Assembly: GCA_963666205.1 (NCBI GenBank)
Contig: OY762654.1
Span: 1,312,001 to 1,376,000, forward strand
DNA length: 64,000 nucleotides
Source: Synergistales bacterium
GTDB taxonomy: Bacteria > Synergistota > Synergistia > Synergistales > JAFGMB01
Direction: 5' to 3'
The notes below the pieces were generated by a model, which saw only the letters and a program-made list of their open reading frames with translations, did no database searches and had not been told where the DNA came from. Numbering within the stretch: the stretch's first letter is position 1; every line of letters begins with the position of its first letter. The translations under genes were made by a program, and so were the position numbers. Of this stretch, positions 58,237 to 64,000 are shown one piece after another.

Positions 58237-59199
58237 ATGTCTACATTACCTTACCAACTCCACAATAACATAGCGCTGCTTTGTGAGAGAAGAGAATACG
58301 AACAGGCTCTTGGTCTGGCAAAACAGGATCTGGAGAAAGCAGAAGAGATCCTGGGGAAAAACCACCCTTACCTTACTCCATACCTGGATAAGATCGCGGA
58401 AATATATGAATTACAAGGTCATCATTCCCATGCAAGGTCTATTTATTACAGAACTATTGAGATATGGGAAGAAACTTTTGTGCCTGAATATAACATCCTC
58501 TCAGATATCTTTCGCGGTAAAAGAAAGGAAAATGAACGAAAGTACGGCTTTCCCTATGAGAACTGCCTTCAACTCACCCCGGAACTCCACCTGGGGACAG
58601 GGGACAACCGCAGATGCTATGTGCACCCGGATAACCCCGGGCTCTGCATAAAGATAGATAAACCCTGGAATGAGGGACTTCATAACAGCACATTTAAACG
58701 AATTAAAAGGCTGTTTATGCCCTGGCTGGCAGATTTTTCATCCAACAGGGAAGAAGCAAGATTTTACCGGACCCAAAACAGGTTTCCTTGTGAAAAGTTC
58801 TATGATCATGCTCCACGCTGCCATGGAATAGCTCTCACAAACCTGGGACCTGGCCTGGTGTTTGAACGTATCAGAGACGATGACGGGAATTACTCAGCCC
58901 GCATGGACTCATATCTGGAAAAGTATCCTGGACAGATTAACCATGTTATCCGTCTCATAGAAACCCTTTACGAGGACATGCTCCAACTGGATAAACTGAT
59001 CTTTTGCTGGAACAAAGAAAACCTGATCGTCCAGCAGAAAGATGATAACAATGACAGGTTAATAGTCATAGACTGGAAAAGCGAAGGGAGACCGAACAAC
59101 GATCTCCCGGTAATCAACTTATCTTCGTATCTTGGAAGAAGAAAGATGTATAAGCAGTTCAAAGAACTGGTTTCAAGTCTAAAAAAACAGACCAATTAA
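58237..59199 (+). CDS. TPR repeat fused to a YrbL-like kinase-fold domain
   Basis: LGKNHPY....L..IA.IY..QG TPR; LGTG..R.CY.HP.....CIKI; PR.HG...TNLG.GLV. Confidence 0.8.
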   Translation: MSTLPYQLHNNIALLCERREYEQALGLAKQDLEKAEEILGKNHPYLTPYLDKIAEIYELQGHHSHARSIYYRTIEIWEETFVPEYNILSDIFRGKRKENERKYGFPYENCLQLTPELHLGTGDNRRCYVHPDNPGLCIKIDKPWNEGLHNSTFKRIKRLFMPWLADFSSNREEARFYRTQNRFPCEKFYDHAPRCHGIALTNLGPGLVFERIRDDDGNYSARMDSYLEKYPGQINHVIRLIETLYEDMLQLDKLIFCWNKENLIVQQKDDNNDRLIVIDWKSEGRPNNDLPVINLSSYLGRRKMYKQFKELVSSLKKQTN

Positions 59200-59248
59200 C
59201 TTGATCATTCATTTTGCATAAAGAAACATTGCTCCGGGAAGCAGATTT

Positions 59249-60115
59249 CTAAAACCCCTCAGGAATACCCGATTCGCAGGGAATACCCACCTGGCACATA
59301 CCGCAGCCGGAGGACCCTTCAAGACCCCACTTCTCTTTGACATATGGTGCAACCACCTGCCGTATGTACTCCCGGCATCGCCTTTTATCATGCCCCTTTT
59401 CGGAAATGGCTCCTGCCGGACACCTGGCGATACAGGCTCCGCACTTACCTTCTTTAAGGAAAGGGCAATTATCATAATATGACTCACAGGACCTTGCTGA
59501 TCCCGGCAAAGACATCCTGACCACCACAGAGCCGAACCGGACTGCCTTGCCCAGGGGAGTTATGAGCCCGTCACAAAGACCAAAGGTCCCGAGACCACAG
59601 GCATATGCCAGATGTCTCTCAGACCATTTTGAGGAGTACACATATTTATCGGAGTCCACACTGCACCACTCACCGGCCAGCACAGGGGCAATGGCTTCGA
59701 AACCCTTATCAGAAAGTGCTTTCACTACCTCACTGCGAACCAGGTCGTTAAACTCCTCACCCAACAATCTGGAACGTACCCAGCGTTCGCTGGGATATTC
59801 TCTCTCTTTTCGGTGATCCTCCTTCGTTCTGGCAGTTTGGGGAAGGATCCAGCTGATGACAGACAGATCTTCAGCCTTCACTTCTGATTTCGGGAAAGCC
59901 AGGGTAAATATTTCCAGGGGTGTCCAGTGGTTCTCTCCAACAGCCTCCCTGAAAGTTTCGAAGACAGGGTCATCTCCGCTGCAGAAACCGACCATAGGTT
60001 TGTCCCATGCAGGTTCCTTCCCGAAGGGACCTCCCAGTGCATTTCCCGGAGAAGACATCACAAAAGTTTCTATTATTTCTCTAACCATCTGTGCATTTTT
60101 TTCTACTGAATGCAT
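59249..60115 (-). CDS. QueG/epoxyqueuosine-reductase-like 4Fe-4S protein (function unproven)
   Basis: WSERH.AYACGLGTFG, CGACIARCP, CGMCQVGIPC; start ATG 60115 behind GAGGAGG. Confidence 0.8.
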   Translation of the reverse strand: MHSVEKNAQMVREIIETFVMSSPGNALGGPFGKEPAWDKPMVGFCSGDDPVFETFREAVGENHWTPLEIFTLAFPKSEVKAEDLSVISWILPQTARTKEDHRKEREYPSERWVRSRLLGEEFNDLVRSEVVKALSDKGFEAIAPVLAGEWCSVDSDKYVYSSKWSERHLAYACGLGTFGLCDGLITPLGKAVRFGSVVVRMSLPGSARSCESYYDNCPFLKEGKCGACIARCPAGAISEKGHDKRRCREYIRQVVAPYVKEKWGLEGSSGCGMCQVGIPCESGIPEGF

Positions 60116-60322
60116 AATTATCCTCCTCACGGTTCCCATGTATTATCTCATTCATTGATGTTGAATCCCTGATCTTCCATGAAAATAGAAACCATAGCTT
60201 CTCGTATAATGCACAAAGTTCACATTGTCAATTTCTGGAAATAATAAACTTAATGAACCACTTTTCAAATAAGATTTGAATTATTGCTTATAATGGGGGG
60301 GATTATAGAAAGGATGAGACCA

Positions 60323-61033
60323 ATGCCAAGGCTCGAAGATATAAAGATATTTTATGAACTCATGGACATGCTGGAAATAAAGCTTCGCAACCGTAAGGCT
60401 CGCGGAGAGAGGATCCTGTCCCAATGTGAGGGGAATATGGGATGGCCTGAAAGGGGAATATGTTTCTTCTTCGAACCTGGAGAACAAAGAAGCGACTCAG
60501 GTTCAGGGTACCGTGTTGTCAGAGTAGATACCCATGCTCTTTCCAGCGGATCAAAAATAGCTCTCTGGACACGATTGAGCCAGCATAAGGGAAACAGCAG
60601 AACCGGAGGAGGAGATCACAGGGAATCTGACTTCCGAAAGATAATAGGTTATTCCCTTATCAATAAACATGGCTCTCTTCGTTCATCCACCTGGGGAAAG
60701 GGCAGTTCTGTCATAAAAAAGATCCAACGGCAGGAACTCGCTATTGAACAGGAGGTCAGCAACATCATTGGCCAGATGCCCTTTTTATGGCTGGAAGTAA
60801 ATGATGAACCATCAGAGGATAGCCAGAGGGCCTACCTTGAAAAGAACATTATCGCCCTTTTAAGCAACTGGAATAAAGAGGAAAGGGTTGATGAACCTTC
60901 TGAAGAATGGCTTGGAAGGTACTGCCCTATTGAAGAAGTCAAGGATTCCGGCCTGTGGAACTCCGACCATGTAGATATTGATTATGACCCGGCCTTTCTG
61001 AAAGTATTTCAGATGTATATCGATAAGATCTGA
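60323..61033 (+). CDS. Hypothetical protein with degenerate GIY-YIG-like motifs
   Basis: RGICFF..., RVVRVDTH, LWTRLSQH, YLEKNII, GLWN; start uncertain (60284/60314/60323). Confidence 0.7.
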   Translation: MPRLEDIKIFYELMDMLEIKLRNRKARGERILSQCEGNMGWPERGICFFFEPGEQRSDSGSGYRVVRVDTHALSSGSKIALWTRLSQHKGNSRTGGGDHRESDFRKIIGYSLINKHGSLRSSTWGKGSSVIKKIQRQELAIEQEVSNIIGQMPFLWLEVNDEPSEDSQRAYLEKNIIALLSNWNKEERVDEPSEEWLGRYCPIEEVKDSGLWNSDHVDIDYDPAFLKVFQMYIDKI

Positions 61034-61119
61034 ATTGAGAATCAAAAGATCGTCTGATAAGGGGAGACATTGCATACATACGGTTAAAATCAAGGTCTGA
61101 CCCCGTTATTGATCGTGTC

Positions 61120-61166
61120 AATAAACAGGCGGAGGTTTACAGAGTCATACCTCCGTCTGTTTATTT
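61120..61166. terminator. Bidirectional terminator between convergent genes
   Basis: ATAAACAGGCGGAGGT / ACCTCCGTCTGTTTAT. Confidence 0.75.
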
Positions 61167-61244
61167 ATGTTATGCCTCTTCCTGGTTTTGGAGCTCCCTT
61201 TATCTACAGTTAAAACAGAAGAGCCCGGTGCATATCAGGGAAAA

Positions 61245-63011
61245 TCAGGATAACAACTGTTCCATATCCCTGAGAGCAAAGGGGAGTTGTTCAATAAAAG
61301 CATTCCTTTCCCCTTCTATGGAACTGAAACCGGTGACCGAAAGGATGAGATGATCGGACCGCTGAAGGTAACGGACAGCCAGGCCGTCTTCCTGAGCTGG
61401 ACCGTAGCCTGCAGACTCTATACCCTCTCCCGAGGTCGTACTGGTGGATATAGCAATATCCTGCAGAACTATCCATGCAGGGCTCCTGTAAATAGAGGGC
61501 AGGTTATCCAGAGGCCTGTTCCCCGCTTTCCCTTCCGCAATAGCAAGGAGGAGCCCCAGAATTCCATCAATTCCTTCTCCATTCATACACTGGGAGATCC
61601 TGTTTTTATGCAAATTAAGCGCGCCTCGAAGCACTTCCGCGCATTCACTGCGAGAATTTCCCTGTTCCTCAATTAGCTGCAGAAACTGTTTTGTACCCTC
61701 ATTAAAGGGACGCATCCCTTCTGTCCGCCCCTGCTGAAATTGGCGGAGCATCACCGATTCAAAAGCAGAACGAACACTTCCCCATGCTCTCTTCTGGGCC
61801 AGAAACAGGGCTGTCTGCAAGAATCCGTCAGGACTGACACCTAGTTCTTTTATCCTATCCTTGCCAAAATCGTTGAAACGAAGAAGGCTGAAACAGGTTT
61901 TCGAAAAGAGCTGCGATGCCTCTCTTTTCGCATATGTAACGGTCTCCTTAAGCTCACTCCCTGCTACGGGAGTGACCTCCTCGGCAACTGGGGCCTCTCC
62001 GGAAACAAGGCCATCCTGTCTGGTTCCATTACATATATGGCGTACAAAACGCCCCATGGGTGTTCCATCCCGCCTGGAATGTTCAAAGTTTATACCTATC
62101 CGGCCATTTCCAGGAACGATGAGCTGCAGGGACTTGTCGAACCAGCGGTTCCCCGGATCACCATAGAGGATATCCCTGGAAAGGTCTTCGTCATTCATTG
62201 GTCCACACCGGTCAAGACATAGAACAAACAGGCTTTTTTCAACAGTTTCAATTGCCCTTGCCACGGATGGGGAATTTCGAATAAGGCTTTTTCTGAGGGA
62301 AGCCCATTTTGTTCTTGGCAGACAAGTCAGTGCAGCCAGTGGAAATGGCTCTGGTTCGCTGCTGATATTAAGGATCGATGCAAAGGATCTTTCAAGCCCC
62401 TCACCCGGGAAAATTTCTCCATTATCATCCAGGACCCTCTGCCGGAAGATATGTCCATTACAGATAACAGTGATCCAGTCAGTTCTGTTTCGGATGTTCC
62501 TGTCAATATCTTTTCCTGGAATCCTGGTCATACCGATAATATCTTCATACTGTTCCATGGATAAAGGCAGACCCTTCCAGCAGTCGGGTCCCATTTCACC
62601 CTTCTGGATATCTTTGTAGAACTTCAGAATAGTCTGTACAGCCCTTGCAGCAAGCTCTGTGTTTCCTATTCCCAGTTCTTCTCCCCTGGGATCCAGGAGA
62701 TAAAAGGGGTTACTCTGAACAGGCAGAGATGCCCTATGGGAAAGATACCACTTCTCCCAGTAGGGCATCCATTTGAGAACCTCCGGATCGGAGGGATAAA
62801 GATCATCAAGTTCAGCACGAAGGATCTGTCCCTCCCTTCCAGGTTTCAGAAAGCTTTTTGCCGCTTTCAGGCTCTCTCCAAATTCATTATCCGACAGCAA
62901 AGGTTTTGACCACTTAAGCAGTTGCTCACAGGTTCTCTCCAGGGGTGGAAAGGACCATAAAGGTATCTTTTCTGTCAAAGCTGCTGCGATTCTATCTCTG
63001 GAATTGAACAA
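61245..63011 (-). CDS. Choline/carnitine O-acyltransferase family protein
   Basis: YL..R..LPV.SNP, PLSM.QY, TRIPG..D, NRWFDK, catalytic EHSRRDG, FGK..IK...SPD, GRTE, STS, GYGP...DG; start TTG 63011 behind AAAGGGGA. Confidence 0.9.
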   Translation of the reverse strand: MFNSRDRIAAALTEKIPLWSFPPLERTCEQLLKWSKPLLSDNEFGESLKAAKSFLKPGREGQILRAELDDLYPSDPEVLKWMPYWEKWYLSHRASLPVQSNPFYLLDPRGEELGIGNTELAARAVQTILKFYKDIQKGEMGPDCWKGLPLSMEQYEDIIGMTRIPGKDIDRNIRNRTDWITVICNGHIFRQRVLDDNGEIFPGEGLERSFASILNISSEPEPFPLAALTCLPRTKWASLRKSLIRNSPSVARAIETVEKSLFVLCLDRCGPMNDEDLSRDILYGDPGNRWFDKSLQLIVPGNGRIGINFEHSRRDGTPMGRFVRHICNGTRQDGLVSGEAPVAEEVTPVAGSELKETVTYAKREASQLFSKTCFSLLRFNDFGKDRIKELGVSPDGFLQTALFLAQKRAWGSVRSAFESVMLRQFQQGRTEGMRPFNEGTKQFLQLIEEQGNSRSECAEVLRGALNLHKNRISQCMNGEGIDGILGLLLAIAEGKAGNRPLDNLPSIYRSPAWIVLQDIAISTSTTSGEGIESAGYGPAQEDGLAVRYLQRSDHLILSVTGFSSIEGERNAFIEQLPFALRDMEQLLS

Positions 63012-63024
63012 GTTAGATTCCCCT

Positions 63025-64000
63025 TTAGAGAAGGGCTTTTTCGATCCTTGCCGTTGCCTCTGGATCCCTGACCCAGGATCTCCATAGTTCGGAGTGGGTC
63101 TGCAGGAACCATTTCGCGGTTTCAGCCGGACCTGTGCCATTCTTCTTCATGTAAGCCAGAGCTTCATTGGTCAGTTCAAGAGAAGTCTTATAACGCTCCA
63201 GCATATCCCGGATCTTCGGTGAACCTTCCAGGAAATCTCGATTAGCGACCTTGAGGACTCTGCATTTAGGGAATGCACAGCCTCCCGTTTCGTTCCAGAC
63301 TTTTTCATCATAAGGAGGTTCTTCCAGTTTAGTCATGTCATACATTCCAAGAATAGGTGTGGGTTCCCAGTAATATGCCAGCACTGGTTTACCTTTTTCA
63401 TAGGCTTCAGCGATGGAAATAGCGAGTGCTGCGGCTGAACCTGTAAAGAAATTCACGAATGTATCATCAAGGCCGTAGGTTTTCAGACGTTTAGCATTTG
63501 TCACGCTAACGATCCACCCCGATGGCCCATTGTTGAAACGTCCCTTTGTCTTCTTTTCCGGATCCCTGAAAAGTTCCCAATAGCGGGAAAGGTCCGTAAC
63601 GGATCTGAGATCTGGCGCCAGAGGTTTGATGCCCCGGGTTTCATCCCCTTCGATAACGTATGTTGGAACATACCAGCCCTGTGGTGCATCCGGAAAATTC
63701 TTGCCAAGGCTTACGATCTCTCCGCGTTTTTCTGCCTTTTCCCAATAAGAAGCAGAATTATCTATCCACGCTTCCATAGCGATCTGCAGATCCCCTCTTT
63801 CTAGTCCCATAAAACCGGGGATCTCTTCTACAAATGTATATCCAACTTCCCGGTTCCATCCATTTTCTATGAGAAAACCGGCCACGCGGTTATGGAACTG
63901 GACACTTTCCCAGCTGAAATCGCCAAAGATTATCTTCCCCTGGTCGCCATAACCGGGCAGAGATCCCCCGAAAAGTAATAAGACTGCCAGAATAAACCCG
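63025..64000 (-). CDS. Glycine betaine/choline/carnitine-type ABC substrate-binding protein (ProX/OpuAC family), 5' end outside the window
   Basis: Frame open to the window edge (..GDFSWESVQFHNRVAGF..); MEAW, QGWYVP.YV..G, P.GW, YYWEPT, LEEP. Confidence 0.88.
   Translation of the reverse strand, partial: GFILAVLLLFGGSLPGYGDQGKIIFGDFSWESVQFHNRVAGFLIENGWNREVGYTFVEEIPGFMGLERGDLQIAMEAWIDNSASYWEKAEKRGEIVSLGKNFPDAPQGWYVPTYVIEGDETRGIKPLAPDLRSVTDLSRYWELFRDPEKKTKGRFNNGPSGWIVSVTNAKRLKTYGLDDTFVNFFTGSAAALAISIAEAYEKGKPVLAYYWEPTPILGMYDMTKLEEPPYDEKVWNETGGCAFPKCRVLKVANRDFLEGSPKIRDMLERYKTSLELTNEALAYMKKNGTGPAETAKWFLQTHSELWRSWVRDPEATARIEKALL

Noticed and set aside
59249-60115. Calling this gene queG or a reductive dehalogenase
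   Set aside because: Only the shared Fe-S/cobalamin-fold motifs are visible; no Tat signal, anchor gene or que context
63012-63140. 43-aa N-terminal extension of the acyltransferase overlapping the SBP gene
   Set aside because: A TTG at 63011 with its own RBS removes the overlap; the extension looks non-coding
1-64000. CRISPR array, tRNA/rRNA, IS element or prophage
   Set aside because: No spaced direct repeats, cloverleaf, transposase, integrase or phage genes recognised

Overview
Bacterial chromosomal window, probably Synergistota (inferred from a Synergist-CTERM-type sorting tail on 48104..49591). About 52 CDS, 48 of them on the minus strand; no rRNA, tRNA, CRISPR, IS or prophage recognised. 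(1) 75..26337: a mosaic of organic/sugar-acid catabolic units with two TRAP systems, one TTT system, an enolase-superfamily racemase, two DHDPS-family aldolases, DgoK, two KdgK-like kinases, an IlvD/Edd dehydratase, a LarA-family enzyme, an Ldh_2 oxidoreductase, DgoD, Eda, HpcH and IclR/GntR regulators with visible candidate operators. (2) 26465..33517: mixed genes, including a yybP-ykoY (Mn2+) riboswitch upstream of a CaCA-family antiporter and a 656-aa orphan exported protein. (3) 33619..47552: a glgE-treS/pep2-glgB-glgX-treY-treZ alpha-glucan/trehalose operon. (4) 48104..56781: a surface beta-helix protein, a dipeptidase/racemase pair and a GntR-TRAP-ManD unit. (5) 57472..64000: DUF2177, a TPR-YrbL fusion, a QueG-like Fe-S protein, a degenerate GIY-YIG-like protein, and a choline/carnitine O-acyltransferase 13 bp downstream of a betaine-type ABC substrate-binding protein. 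That last pair is the best candidate for an undescribed system. All calls are by-eye motif recognition; no searches were run.
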